From Balanoglossus misakiensis (lineage: Eukaryota; Animalia; Hemichordata): DNA of 64,000 bases. This document shows positions 50,848-64,000 of this stretch, piece by piece. Within the stretch, counting starts at the first letter, position 1. Every line of letters begins with the position of its first letter. The notes beneath the pieces were generated by a model. That model searched no databases. It was not told the origin of the DNA and saw only the letters and a list, made by a program, of their open reading frames with translations. A program made the position numbers and the translations under genes. Where the stretch lies: the NCBI GenBank assembly GCA_040954595.2, contig CM082582.2, forward strand, positions 3,084,303-3,148,302, in the 5' to 3' direction.

Positions 50848-51720
50848 TAGGAACAAACTCTCAATTTCATGGTCCACATTTTCTGAAATTTGACCAGTAA
50901 GCGACTCCAAATTCTTAACTGACACCTTGTATCAAGGGGTAAACGGTTATTATTACAAATTCTACGATTTAGTCTTCCAAGGCTCCACCTAATCCAGTTC
51001 TTGAATAAAACTGATTTTCCATGGACTCTCCTCGTCAAGTTATGCGTGGCAATCCATTGTTAATGACACTGTCTCTACTGGATCGACAGTTCAAGGGGCG
51101 AAATCATAACACCAAACAAATAACCCACAAAAGTGACAAATTGGCGATGACGTGAAGAAATTCACACAAAGTGGTGTCTGCTGGGAGCTGTATCAAACCT
51201 CACTGCAAACAACACGTCACAGTTCCATCCAATATGGCCGAACAGCCACATTAGATTATATTGTGAAACAAATCAATGAAAATGTGTATCTTAAAACACA
51301 CAGTCATGGAACCATGTGTAAACAAATGAGATATATTCAAAATCAAAATTGAATGACAGAGAAAAAAAAATTCTGAATGCAGAGATTTTTTTTCTGAATG
51401 CTCAAGAATTCCTACTCCAAGCTCGGTAGTGGACATTTGCACATGGTACCCCTGACGTCAAGTGTACTATTTTATCGTAAAGCACACAGTCAGGGAAGTG
51501 TAAACAAAACTAGATATATTCAAAATCAAAGAAAATGAATGGCTGAATGATTAAGTGATCCAATGTAAATTTTTCTGTACATTATGAAAACAATAATTGT
51601 AACTCATAGAAAATTGACATCTTTTCTGAATATTGAAGGTTTGATGTCAAATGGGCAATTTGAATCACTGGTTATCAATTTTGAGAAGGCTTTGGCAACC
51701 AGACCTGATGTAAGAATTAA

Positions 51721-52448
51721 CCCTTAAAGTGCTTTAAAATTCTAAGGTACACGACCCCCCAGGCCCAGGACTTTTTGCAAGTAACAACGAAATCTTGATG
51801 TCCCAAAATATTTCGCTCTATTAAACTTCACAGAATTTCAAACAAAAGTCAAAGGAGTGACATTTTAAGATACAAAGGTATAAATTTTTAAGTATGTACA
51901 CACACTGTCGAAAACACGGTCGCGCTTTCGACTGACCGCGACCGCGCGTACATCGCGTCCACAGCTCAATGCAGTTGGCTGGGTCCCGCGATCGCGCGCG
52001 CGACCACACGCTCTCGACATCGGCTCCAAAGTCGTTGTCACGGTCGGGATTACTAATGGCCTTGATCCCCAAAAAATCGTAATCATTTGTTGAAGTCGCT
52101 GTCATGAAAATGTCCAGTGAAAAATTTGCTGTCTTCCGGGTTTACAAAGTGAAGGAAGGAAGCATACTGTCAAAGGTCACGTAATTAGGTCATGTCGATA
52201 ACACGATCGTTTTTCTCTGGAACGTTCGACTGACATCATTTCCCGCCTAGAATAAATTAATTTATAATGAGTTTCATTCATCTACGACCCGAGTACGTCA
52301 TTATTTTTACCATATATGGCACGAACTACAGATAAGCCTCGCCTATTTTCATGTGATTGACAACTGTACGTTGTCGTTGTATACACCGACGTGGCCAGAC
52401 AATGCGGAAGTACCTGTCAGTCTATACACCGACACGGCGTTTTGAGGG
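51721..52448. mobile_element. piggyBac-type non-autonomous element
   Basis: TTAA|CCCTTAAA...TTTGAGGG|TTAA with short imperfect TIRs and a CpG-rich interior. Confidence 0.65.
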
Positions 52449-52990
52449 TTAACACCTCTCTACAACCCATTGTCTATGGGGCCAAGCCTCAGCGCCTATA
52501 CATAAACTGTGTGTGTGTGGACACAAGCGACTCAAAGGATTAATTCTCTGTGTTTACAAAAGGCAAATACATGTAGTGTCTCCGAAACGTTTCAAATTTT
52601 TACCAGTGTGACCGTTGTATTATAAACAGGTACCCCACACTTTGAATGACACACACACTTACACCACACAAACAAACAAACAAACAAACATAAATACCCT
52701 ATAACTATACTAATATTATAACTAACTATAACTACAAGTAACAACTAACAAAATAACTTAATATACCTATATAAATAAACTGTTCAAATACAGATGTGTA
52801 CACTGAAATTAACTAAATTTACACAAATATATAAAAATGCATGGCTGGGATGCCCCCAAAACTACTGTAAGCACTGCAAGCTGGGAGTCCATGCGTCTAC
52901 GGACCTCTGTTGACAGATGAGTCATCATGGAGACTGCATGGTAGTTGGACTTCTGGTCCAAATCATCTTGCAGCATTCCTCTGCTATGGT

Positions 52991-54341
52991 GGCATACAGA
53001 TCAATCTCCGCCATCCTTCAACGCAGCATCTAGTTTCTGCATGGTACTATTGGTAGTCAGACTTCAATCTGCCAGTTGGCACACAGATCAGTGTTCTCCA
53101 TCCTGCAAACCAGCATCTAGTTTCTGCATGGTACTATTGGTAGTGGGACTTCAATCTGCCAGTTGGCACACAGATCAGTGTTCTCCATCCTGCAAACCAG
53201 CATCTAGTTTCTGCATGGTACTATTGGTAGCCGGACTTCAATCTGCCAGTTGGCACACAGATCAGTGTTCTCCATCCTGCAAACCAGCATCTAGTTTCTG
53301 CATGGTACTATTGGTAGTGGGACTTCAATCTGCCAGTTGGCACACAGATCAGTGTTCTCCATCCTGCAAACCAGCATCTAGTTTCTGCATGGTACTATTG
53401 GTAGTGGGACTTCAATCTGCCAGTTGGCACACAGATCAGTGTTCTCCATCCTGCAAACCAGCATCTAGTTTCTGCATGGTACTATTGGTAGTGGGACTTC
53501 AATCTGCCACTTGGCACACAGATCAGTGTTCTCCATCCTGCAAACCAGCATCTAGTTTCTGCATGGTACTATTGGTAGTGGGACTTCAATCTGCCAGTTG
53601 GCACACAGATCAGTGTTCTCCATCCTGCAAACCAGCATCTAGTTTCTGCATGGTACTATTGGTAGTGGGACTTCAATCTGCCAGTTGGCACACGGATCAG
53701 TGTTCTCCATCCTGCAAACCAGCATCTAGTTTCTGCATGGTACTATTGGTAGTGGGACTTCAATCTGCCAGTTGGCACACGGATCAGTGTTCTCCATCCT
53801 GCAAACCAGCATCTAGTTTCTGCATGGTACTATTGGTAGTCGGACTTCAATCTGCCAGTTGGCACACAGATCAGTGTTCTCCATCCTGCAAACCAGCATC
53901 TAGTTTCTGCATGGTACTATTGGTAGTCGGACTTCAATCTGCCAGTTGGCACACAGATCAGTGTTCTCCATCCTGCAAACCAGCATCTAGTTTCTGCATG
54001 GTACTATTGGTAGTCGGACTTCAATCTGCCAGTTGGCACACAGATCAGTGTTCTCCATCCTGCAAACCAGCATCTAGTTTCTGCATGGTACTATTGGTAG
54101 TCGGACTTCAATCTGCCAGTTGGCACACAGATCAGTGTTCTCCATCCTGCAAACCAGCATCTAGTTTCTGCATGGTACTATTGGTAGTGGGACTTCAATC
54201 TGCCAGTTGGCACACAGATCAGTGTTCTCCATCCTGCAAACCAGCATCTAGTTTCTGCATGGTACTATTGGTAGCCGGACTTCAATCTGCCAGTTGGCAC
54301 ACAGATCAGTGTTCTCCATCCTGCAAACCAGCCTCTAGTTT
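52991..54341. repeat. 87-bp minisatellite, about 15.5 near-identical copies
   Basis: Unit GGCACACAGATCAGTGTTCTCCATCCTGCAAACCAGCATCTAGTTTCTGCATGGTACTATTGGTAGTGGGACTTCAATCTGCCAGTT. It produces the 29-aa repeat ORF 52945-54372. The leftmost unit is diverged. Confidence 0.98.
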
Positions 54342-55404
54342 CTCGTGTCTGAAAAAAAGCAAACAGATGTAGTTCAGGAAAATGAGGAGTAATTCAACTG
54401 CATGTGATACAAAAGACAGTTTCCCGCAATCAAACACCCTCTATAACTCCAGGCTTTGTCTTTGCTGTACACAGGGCATGTAATGCAAATTGTGTAAGAA
54501 TCCATCACGTTTTACTTTATGCAGGCTACATGACAATGATTCATGCTCAGTTTTTTTACGGACTTGTTATTTTGTGCCTTTCTAAATCACTTCTGGGTGT
54601 TTGTAAAACTTGTGACGAGCAGTAATGAGCAGAAACTTGCAGTAATGACCAATAACATCCTAGAAATTGACAGAATGGGTAATCACAAATACTGTGGAAA
54701 TGACGATCATTTCCAATTTCATAATAGTCATCTGAAGTTATGCAATCAGTGTCAATTATCATGACCATTTCCATGGAACTACACAGTTGTTTAATTTCAT
54801 ATCATTGCTGGAAAAAAGTCATCATCAATGACTTCGTTCACGCTGGTTTGATGTTCTTGGTATTTGTGCTCAAGTGTTGGTTGGTTTTTGCATAACTTGA
54901 AATGTTGTGCGTTGACTTAGATGTTTTCATCTATGTGAACTGACATACCGTATATTCTCGCAATTAAGCGCCACCCATGATTAGGCGCCAGTGATACCTG
55001 ACTTTGCTACTTTTTACTTAAAATTAAGTGCCAGGAATTTTTTTTTTTTGAGGTGTGTGGACGTACGTGAATCATGGCAAGTACTACCAGGGTTTAGGGA
55101 TCTTGCTGCGTGAATAATAATTGACCTGAGCAGACAATGCATGCTTTGGGCTGATGTGCTATTTATTTACAATAGGGAGTTCAGTGAAAATGTTAACTCC
55201 AAGATGGTTGTTTATTTTACAGATAGAAATATTTATATATCTTAGTAGGTTACAATAATAAATAAAATTATCAAAATCGGTTCACCGGTTTTCAAGATAC
55301 ATGCATTTTCACACGTCAAAATTTGGACATTTTTGGTCAAAATGTCGTTTAAAATGTCGTAAAAGCCAAATTTCTTAAGTTTGCAGGATCAAAAACATCA
55401 AATA

Positions 55405-56679
55405 ATAATTACATTCACAAGTATCTTCAGCATTTTTTCAAAAAACTTTACCCAATTCAATAAAAAATGCAAGAATCATGGAAGATTACTTCTTTGAGTT
55501 TTACAGGAGATCATCTAAACTTGTAAAAAAAAAGTTCTGACTCTGTTTTTTGGGGCACGGCACCATGGGAAAATATGAAATTTTGCAATGTTTGATGATC
55601 CATAACTCAGTCAGGGTTGATCTAATTGTAACGATAGTATAAATAAAATTATCAAAATCGGTTCACCGGTTTTCGATAGTACGATACATGTAGAAATTAT
55701 ACTATCCAATTTTCGAATTGTATCTGGATTATAATTTAAATTCCCAGGCGCTCAAAAATGGTAAAAACTAGCATTTTGCCATAGCAAACCGGCGGCCATA
55801 TTGGATTTCCAAGGCGGCCATATTGGATTGACGATTCATTGGATGCCAATACTTGTTTTAACACAAACAACATAGAAAACATTTTCCAGTTTCCGAAAAA
55901 TATAAATCTTGAGTAATTTCAACAGAAAAAATATGAAAAATCAGTAAAACTGGTCAATTTTGTATTTTTTTCAAAAGAAAAAACAAACATGTAGCACTCA
56001 TGTGTCTCATGCAGTATTTATTCAATTGAAACTTCACGTTTGATAATTTTCTGTCCGCAAAGATAGGTTACTTTGTACAGTTGAAAAAAACGAAGTCATG
56101 TTATACATTTATCAAAGCATTTCATTTCAGCTGTTCAAGATAATTAACTAGTGTCACCCCTTTTATAGTTGAACAGTTCTTCATAAAATAATGAAAATAA
56201 ATATAAATGTTTTGAAATTATAATTACATTCACAAGTATCTTCAGCATTTTTTCAAAAAACTTTACCCAATTCAATAAAAAATGCAAGAATCATGGAAGA
56301 TTACTTCTTTGAGTTTTACAGGAGATCATCTAAACTTGTAAAAAAAAAGTTCTGACTCTGTTTTTTGGGGCACGGCACCATGGGAAAATATGAAATTTTG
56401 CAATGTTTGATGATCCATAACTCAGTCAGGGTTGATCTAATTGTAACGATAGTATAAATAAAATTATCAAAATCGGTTCACCGGTTTTCGATAGTACGAT
56501 ACATGTAGAAATTATACTATCCAATTTTCGAATTGTATCTGGATTATAATTTAAATTCCCAGGCGCTCAAAAATGGTAAAAACTAGCATTTTGCCATAGC
56601 AAACCGGCGGCCATATTGGATTTCCAAGGCGGCCATATTGGATTGACGATTCATTGGATGCCAATACTTGTTTTAACAC
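55405..56679. repeat. 460-bp direct repeat (55405-55864 and 56220-56679) within a rearranged DNA-transposon end
   Basis: Apparently identical at offset 815. Each copy contains a 37-bp sequence whose exact reverse complement lies at ~56905-56941. Confidence 0.9.
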
Positions 56680-57185
56680 TGACAGCAACTTGCTGAAAAT
56701 CAGTTCAGTCACTGTAGTATTAAAGGGAAAATGAGGCTGGTTAAATGCTCGTGTATTTTTAGCAATTAAGAAGCAGATATTACTACCCAAATTTATTTTA
56801 TACAGTTACTTTTGGACAGCAAAAATTGTCGTCACTCAAGTCAATGTCTCATATCAGCCCTTTTTACTTGCCTGTGTTGAGCGGATATGAAAAAATGGGG
56901 GAAAAATTGGATAGTATAATTTCTACATGTATCGTACTATCCTGGTAGTCCATTAACTGTACATAAACAAGAATTTCACATTTAACCTTGGTATGATATG
57001 CTTGGGAAGACTAACTGGCTATAAATCACAAAAAATGAATGTCGTTGCTCCATAACAGTTTTTACTGCGCACACACGCAGTTAATATTAAAGCAAACTGA
57101 GAAATAACACATGTTCAGTAATGCTGTCAACTATTTAAAGTTTTATTCAATGACAAGAAAGAACGCTCAGTTTCAATTTTCTAAC

Positions 57186-58514
57186 TTAAAAATACCTTTC
57201 CTTAAAACAATTATACAAACGCTCTATTTCATTTACACTGTCAACTTGCCATGCTCGTAGTAATGAGTCTTTTAGAATAATTTTTACTTCTTGCAAAATG
57301 AATTTACAATTAATTCTGTCTCTGTCTTGTCTTGCAGGCCATTGAAAAGTGTTATTATTTTTCCTTTGCAGGAAGGTCACATCTACAGTATTGGCCTCAT
57401 TATCAATATCTACAATTTCCCCCACAAACCACTGTTCTTCAAAGGCAACAGCAACATGCATATCGCATCGCTTATCACACAGTCCAAATTTTATATTGTC
57501 ATCTTTGCTAGCTCTTTTTCTTTGATTTGTTTTGACTTGCTGCTGATTACTAACTTTCCTTTTCTTTAGGTTTTCATTGATTTCCTTCACATAGTCAGGC
57601 ATTTCTGTGTTATGTATATTAATGACTGATTTTAGATTTGCAGCTAACTGGTCAACAGAAAGTTTCACTTTGTTGTTTTGCCATTTTGTTAACTTTCTGT
57701 CAGTTACATTTGATTGGAGCACAAGGGTTCTGTATGTAATTTGATCTTTAAGTGCATTAATTTGTTGGGCTTTAGTCAAATGCTGTAATTTAACATCAAC
57801 AACATTTTCTGTTTCCCACACACCCCACATAGTTTTGATTCGATTTTCAAGCTGTTCTCTTCTTTTCAATTTTCTTTGTGATTTATCATGTTTTCTCATA
57901 ATTCTCTCTCTCTGCAAATCAAGCCTTTTCTGTCGAAGTTCTCGAAAGTGTGCATGCTCCTTTCGTTTTCTTTCAGGTGCTGTTTTTCTTGCTATGTTCA
58001 TATACTTTCTCTTTAAATCATTCCTCAGTTTATTCAGGTATGACGAGGTTTTGTTACGACTATACCATATGCAGCCTGCTTTTGATATTCTACTTTTTTG
58101 GGGGGCCTTCTTTAAGTGTCGATCCAAATCAGAAAAATCTATTTCTGACCTTACATTTGTTAAAGGTGCACTGGCTACCTCTAGTTTTTGATTTTGTGAC
58201 GGTTGGCTCTCAATACCCCCTGGGAGCTGATTACAAAGTTGTCAATTGACCACAGGCAGCATAGCTGTACACATAGTTTGTAACGCATCCAGTGTCAATG
58301 AATCAAATTCAGGGGAACAACGATCAAACAACCGAGTGTATATTTTGTCTTTTTTTACCGTACTATCAGATATATATATATTTTCATCCAGCAAGGGCCT
58401 GGCATCAATTGCATTATCACCTAGACAGGTCTTAAGCTCCAACCAATGTACGTTCATGTCATAGTAATTACAATCACTCTCAAGCAAACGCATCAATGGA
58501 CCTGTAATTACCAA
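57186..58514 (-). pseudogene. C-terminal half of a hAT-related DDE transposase
   Basis: ITGPLMRLLE...QLPGG, then a stop and frameshift, then APLTNVRSEIDFSDLD (cf. hAT P.T...ER.FS containing the catalytic E), NKT, a basic coiled region, and a terminal beta-rich domain VAVAFEEQWFVGEIV...FL....FQWP..QD. 5'-truncated at ~58515. Subgroup uncertain. Confidence 0.65.
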
Positions 58515-59070
58515 AAGCTAGCGCGACACGACTAAAGTCCGGGATTGATCGTACCGCCAGCATAATGCTATGTTATCGTACGCGTACGCGGCGCGCCGTA
58601 CGCGGAAGTGTATCTCCAACATGGCGGCTCTCCAGTGGATGACGTCACGTGCATACCCTCTATTTAAATAAAAGTTTGGATTCACACAATCAAATGGATT
58701 TTTTTTTTCGTTTTTAACACCATTTTCACTTTCACATTTCTTTATTTTTTTCACTTAAACCTTTAGAACTATAACAGTATAATGATAATAATATGCATGC
58801 AACTCAAAGATGTGTTAAACTTCAGAGTTGTAAGTTTGTTTTAGTCAAATCTGGGAAGTGACATGTCTTCAAAGTGTCTGCTGTTATCTGCTTAGAGCTG
58901 AATACCCATGGGTGTTCTTTCGTTCCTAGATTTTACATTTCATAGACCTGTGTATAATTATAATTTCAATTAATATATTTTAACTTGAGCTTAGGTATAG
59001 AGTATGCATGGAATTAAAATTATTATTCTGTAATTCACCAAAAAAAATGTCTTACAAGTGGATATTTTGA

Positions 59071-59622
59071 TTGTTAATTTGCACAGTAGCAGAGCTTCTA
59101 GCTGGGAAGAAGAGCTTAGTAGATTTATCAGCTCATAATATTCCTTTAACCAATGAACTTTATATGAACTTGCACACCTGCCTTCAAGATACAGGGATTA
59201 ATGTTCAGGAAACCTTACCAGCTCTAGTACATTTATTTGAGCCAGAAATTGAATTACCAGCAAAAATCAGTAATTTTACAAAGACAGTCAGAAGAAAAAT
59301 AGAGAAAGCCAGTAAGGAAGGGAGAAAAGCAGAATACATGAAAGAGACTATGAAAGGAAAAGCTAGGAAAGAGCTGTCAGAAATATTCAGCACTCTGCAG
59401 ATAACGGAAGATAACTTGAGGACATGTGAGTTTCCAGACATGACAGACAGTCCTGTAACTCTTCAAGTTCAGCACATCTTAGAGTTGCGAGCTTTTATTG
59501 TAAGAAGCCAGTTGCCATGGCAATTTGCTGTGTCATGGATGAACGTCTTGGTGGCTCCTGATGTGGACCCTAAACTAGATATACTGGCAAATCAGTGGAA
59601 TCGGATGTATGATAGGCTTTGA
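59071..59622 (+). other. Exon-like ORF fragment of unknown protein (probably transposon-derived)
   Basis: 183 open codons with protein-like composition, and an acceptor-like TTGCACAG at ~59086. No recognised domain. Confidence 0.35.
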
Positions 59623-61390
59623 TCGTATGAACATTTTCGATTTTCTATTTAGAGTTAGATTTAAATTTCTGCCGAGTCACTTTTTCGGCGTTGGCAGAAT
59701 AAATGTTATTTGAACTATACAAATTCTTTGCATAGCCAATTCAAGCGGATTCTGAGAATTCCTTTCAGCCAATCGGTCGCTTACTTTACTTTTGTCCAAT
59801 CACAGTGGACTGTATTGTTTTCCGCCAAAATGTAACCTTTTTGGTGTTTTCTATTGCGCTCGCTTGATGCTGAATGGCAACTTTCTGTAGTTATCCTCTC
59901 AGTTCTGTTTCAGCGTTTGTGTTGTAACCCGCGTTCGTCTAATCCGAATAAACCAAACGTGTTCTTTGCAAATATACGATTCCTGTCGGATCAGGGTAAG
60001 TCAGATTGTTTAGCAGCCTTGCTCATAAATGCCATGACATTCCTTCTGAGCTGATGAGACTCCATATCTGTGTTGACCTCCATCGCATCTATCAACAACT
60101 TGGCGAATTAACCCAAGGCGAATTCATGTTAACCCACAAATGACACACAATGATTTTCCGCGCGTGTTGCTGGTAGTGCATCTAGTTTCATTTCTATCTC
60201 TTCTTTTTCTTCAGTCGTTGTGCTTCGTTCACTTCTGATTCCAGCTTACGGCAAAAGATTATATGTGCCTCTAAATATGTTTTTTGACATATCAATGCAA
60301 AGTCCACATTTACGGGCGACTTCACAAATGTCACAGCATTTGTGAGCAAGGAGCGATAGCGATGCATTAACAACCAAAATTCCCAAGAAAATTTTCTTTG
60401 ACAAGCATGAGCAGTTTTTATTTTTACAGTAATGGCTCGTAATCATATAATGACTTAAACGTTTCCATTTACAAAGTGTCGCAATGCATTTCAATCCAGG
60501 ATTTCGACCAGCTCTGCCATTTTTTTGCCCGTACGACTCAATCTCACAGATTTTTTTCGTAACTTCGACAGCCTCTTGGATTAGCTTTTTTGTGGTGGCG
60601 GCGACGGCCAACTCTAGCTGCTTTAACTGGATGTAAATCACTGGACACTTTGGGGCATGTAATCAGTGACTACATGAACAGTGTACATGTGACTATATTG
60701 ATAAAACTATAAAACTGACCGTCCGTCCTCCCTTGAGGGGGGAAATAAAATAAAAATTCGCGTCGCCGCAACATTTTTTAAAGAAAGACCTGACCAGAAA
60801 CATTTTGGCCTCATTGCTGGAATAGAACCAAATCCTATTACCTGCATCTAAACGACCTGTTTTCAAAATTCGAGTATGATACGATTATGACCAAGTTTTT
60901 TCAGGACTTCTGAGTTTCAATTTCAACAAAATGTTTAGTAACGTCCCATGGGAAATGAATCAGCATTTATGATAAACTATTTGCAAGCCACTGAAATTAA
61001 AAATCTCTGGAAAGAGAGATGCGCCCTCACACTTGTATTGACTGATTGGTTTTCCTCTATCTGTGTAAATTTTTTGAGTGTTTCTACTTGTCTGTTTGAT
61101 GGTTATTTATTTATTTATTTTAACCGTCACAAAGGTTACTAATAAAACGTCACTAGTGTTTCCTCATTGGCCTCGCATTGAGTTTAAATTCATTATGGTT
61201 GTGTGAGGGCGCTAGACTTACAAAATGACGTACAGCACTTTGCAGGTCCTAAGTTAGACTTGTCTGACCCCCTGCCCCATTTCTACAGCATGGCTTCGGT
61301 GTGTTACATAAAATGGCCAGATATAGGGGGAAGCCATTTGATTTCGGGAGGTTGAGGATTAGCGTTTTAATTTAATTTTATAGCCACTGT

Positions 61391-61541
61391 GTATGAATGT
61401 TTGTATGTATGCATGTATGCATGTATGTATGTATGTATGTATGTATGTATGTATGTATGTATGTATGTATGTATGTATCTATCTATCTATCTATCTATCT
61501 ATCTGTATGTATGTATGTATGTATCTATGTATTTATGTATG
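61391..61541. repeat. (GTAT)n/(CTAT)n compound microsatellite
   Basis: Directly visible. Confidence 0.97.
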
Positions 61542-63566
61542 TTTGCTGGTGTGTTTAATTTTTAGATTATATTTGAAATTCAAACAGACCTGTGCAAAGT
61601 GGTGACTTTTCCATCAACAGACATACAATTGGTAGAATAATATGTCACTACAAGCATTTGGTATCGTAGGAGCATTCTCGCCCCACCAGACTACGGATTT
61701 CTTTCGTTTCACTATCGAAATCACGTACTCTGGTTAAAATGGAGTACCGCGCTGGTATTTGAACATATTGGTAATGCATATTCATGACATGACATCATTA
61801 TAATCTGGCCAATCAAAGCCCGTCTCTCAAGGAGAGCTGGGACTCACTCAAACTCAGAGCACTGCCACTGGAAGCCGCCATGTTGTTTAGAATGAGATGT
61901 AACAAGAGATGCGTGAATGGGATGTAACAAGCAATCTGATTGGTTGTTGGATGTACTATGAAAGCATCTAGACCAAATACTGAATACATGGCCGTATTAT
62001 ACCACGGCCTTTTTGCGGGGAGCAGAGCGCTGCCGTAAAAAAGCGCTGCCGGTTTGCGACGATGGTATCATCTTACCGAAGCGACTCAAATTCCTGACGA
62101 TCGAGTCGAGTTGTTTTGAACGGTGTGTGTCGGTAGACGCACTGGCATGACTGCTGATTTCTTCGCTGAAAACCAAGGTGACGTTCTCGTACAGGGCAAC
62201 GCTTACTTCAGAAAACTCCATCCTTAGAGAATGTTGAAGGCGAAGTCATCAAATTAGACTCGAATCCCAACAGAGGAGTGACGTCACAACCGAAATTCAC
62301 ACCAATCCTCCCCCACTCAAGTTCAGCGTGTGTGGGACGTACAACTTCAAGTGCGTTTGGGTAATTGCATGTGAGGGCGCATTCCTTGCTCCAAGTCTCA
62401 GTACCAAAGATCGCTCAAAGCAAATAAATACACGAAAAGTATTGAGATCTTTATAAAGACAAGACATATTACCAAGCAAGTAGTGGGCTAGTCTAGTGCA
62501 TTCCCAAAAATTTCAGAAAATAATAAACTATAGACTCAAGCATGGTTTATCCATAGAGAGTCCCTCTACCCATGGTAGTTTATACATAGAAAATGATTTT
62601 CGAATTATTATTATTATGAGACACTGAGTGACCGCAGTTCATTTCATAACGCAAGTATAGTATTGCTTATTACGCTGGACTGTAACTTTCAAACCTCGAC
62701 TGGCGAGATCTATGGCCGTGCCGATTTAATAGCCAATCGCGGTTTGAAAGGTGCTGTTCTATAACTGGAAAATGCTTATAATCGACCCCGGTAATCGACA
62801 CGATCATCGAGTCGATAGTTTGAAAATGCTTACTGCATATACACACGCTTAAAAGTTTGCGCTCATGCGCAGTGCGTACCTCACCGGACAGATATAATAC
62901 TAGACCAAGGGTTCTGCCTGAGTTTCAGCAGAAAGTTGCAACGCACTTGCGTTTCGCTATTTTGTGTATTTTGCTGATATTGGAGGCTTTTTAAAAATAC
63001 ATCTACATAAAGTGGTGCACATATGACTTCCACGAAAATGCGCGAACTTTGCGGAGTATAGTCCGAAGACGCCCATGAATAAATTAAACAATAGATCAAA
63101 GAAAAGCATCGGTTCTTCTAAGGCGTCAAGCTATGATTTGAATCTGTCGAAACTGATGAGGAACTCTCACGGATTTTATTATGAAGTGAAGGTGATGGAT
63201 AAAGCATTGAAGTGCTTAGGTAATCGTATTTATAAATAACAATCTACGTTTTCATGTTTTCATAGAAGTTGTCTGTGTCTGTCATTATGGTAAAGACATG
63301 TGGTCAACATATTTCCTCTCAAATCTATCTTTGTGAAGTTTGCCGTGGTATTTAAAACTAGCAAGTAATAACCGACCATGTGGCTTTGTTCATGTATGGA
63401 CACTGAGTTATATTGCTTTATTTAAGCACTGAAATTTTGTTGTATGATAATTCACCGTCGCCCCTAACAACAGGCCCAAGTCAGTTCTGGTGTATGTTTT
63501 GCTCATAATAGAACACACAATCATCAATGTCTCGCTTTAATATTTCGTTGTTTTTTCTCCTCCCAG

Positions 63567-63921
63567 GGTAAATTAATAGTATATATATACACAGAGACAT
63601 CGTATTGAGAAAACGAATTGTAAAACTGATGTCAAGATAACTTCAAACGCGTTTGGAAACAAGTACAGTGAAATTCATGGTGGATCTGGATGGAATGTGA
63701 AAGGTACAGAACATTGCACTATTGGAACAGAAAAACATTGACTATAAGTATAACAGCAAATGGATATAACAATGCAATTTCCACGCATACTTGAGAACTA
63801 TTGTCTTCGTGCCAAGGATGATGTTCATAAATTTACTACCATCTTCCTAAACTGATATCCAGGATGTCAAAACCAGACTACAATAGAAATCGGGCGTCCA
63901 ACAACTCCTGTGGGATTCCAG
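63567..63921 (+). other. Possible non-coding or UTR exon
   Basis: Strong acceptor TTTTTTCTCCTCCCAG (ends 63566) and donor CAG|GTAAGT (63922). No long ORF. Confidence 0.3.
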
Positions 63922-64000
63922 GTAAGTCTCTTACACTAACAGTCTTCTTCTTGAGCATGTGTCTTGTGTACTCGACGTACATTGACCAATTTGATGTTCT

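Noticed and set aside
52945-54372. 475-aa Cys/Ser-rich + strand protein
   Set aside because: TTG start, and a stop-free frame in an 87-bp repeat is easily chance. The clear splice signal is on the opposite strand, so it is not called as a CDS.
59625-60641. Minus-strand coding-like remnants
   Set aside because: Multiple stops and no motif I can assign.
63620-63740. RHIM-like peptide (VKGTEHCTIG)
   Set aside because: Does not match the (I/V)Q(I/V)G core and lies in a short frame without a clear start.

Overview
Eukaryotic, transposon-saturated DNA with no intact host gene. The mix of Crypton, Helentron/HINE, Kolobok, Academ-like, hAT, MULE, Tc1, piggyBac and CR1 remnants suggests a marine invertebrate (inference only). 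Positions 1-20440 are the right end of a very homogeneous 130-bp satellite (about 157 monomers in view) with layered higher-order repeats and an abrupt edge. Positions 20441-64000 are nested mobile-element debris, plus a recent 2,863-bp tandem duplication (30232-35961), a 240-bp satellite inside a HINE and an 87-bp minisatellite. Main leads: (1) the satellite monomer can fold on the + strand into a hairpin-rich pseudoknot whose helix order resembles the P3-P7-P8-P9 domain of group I ribozymes (unproven); (2) a Tc1 fossil has D-42-(E) spacing; (3) three divergent Crypton-derived elements share one architecture; (4) the duplication creates a chimeric HINE; (5) the 87-bp repeat has a UGA-only frame behind a strong splice acceptor. 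All family assignments come from visual motif, TIR and TSD recognition, not database searches.
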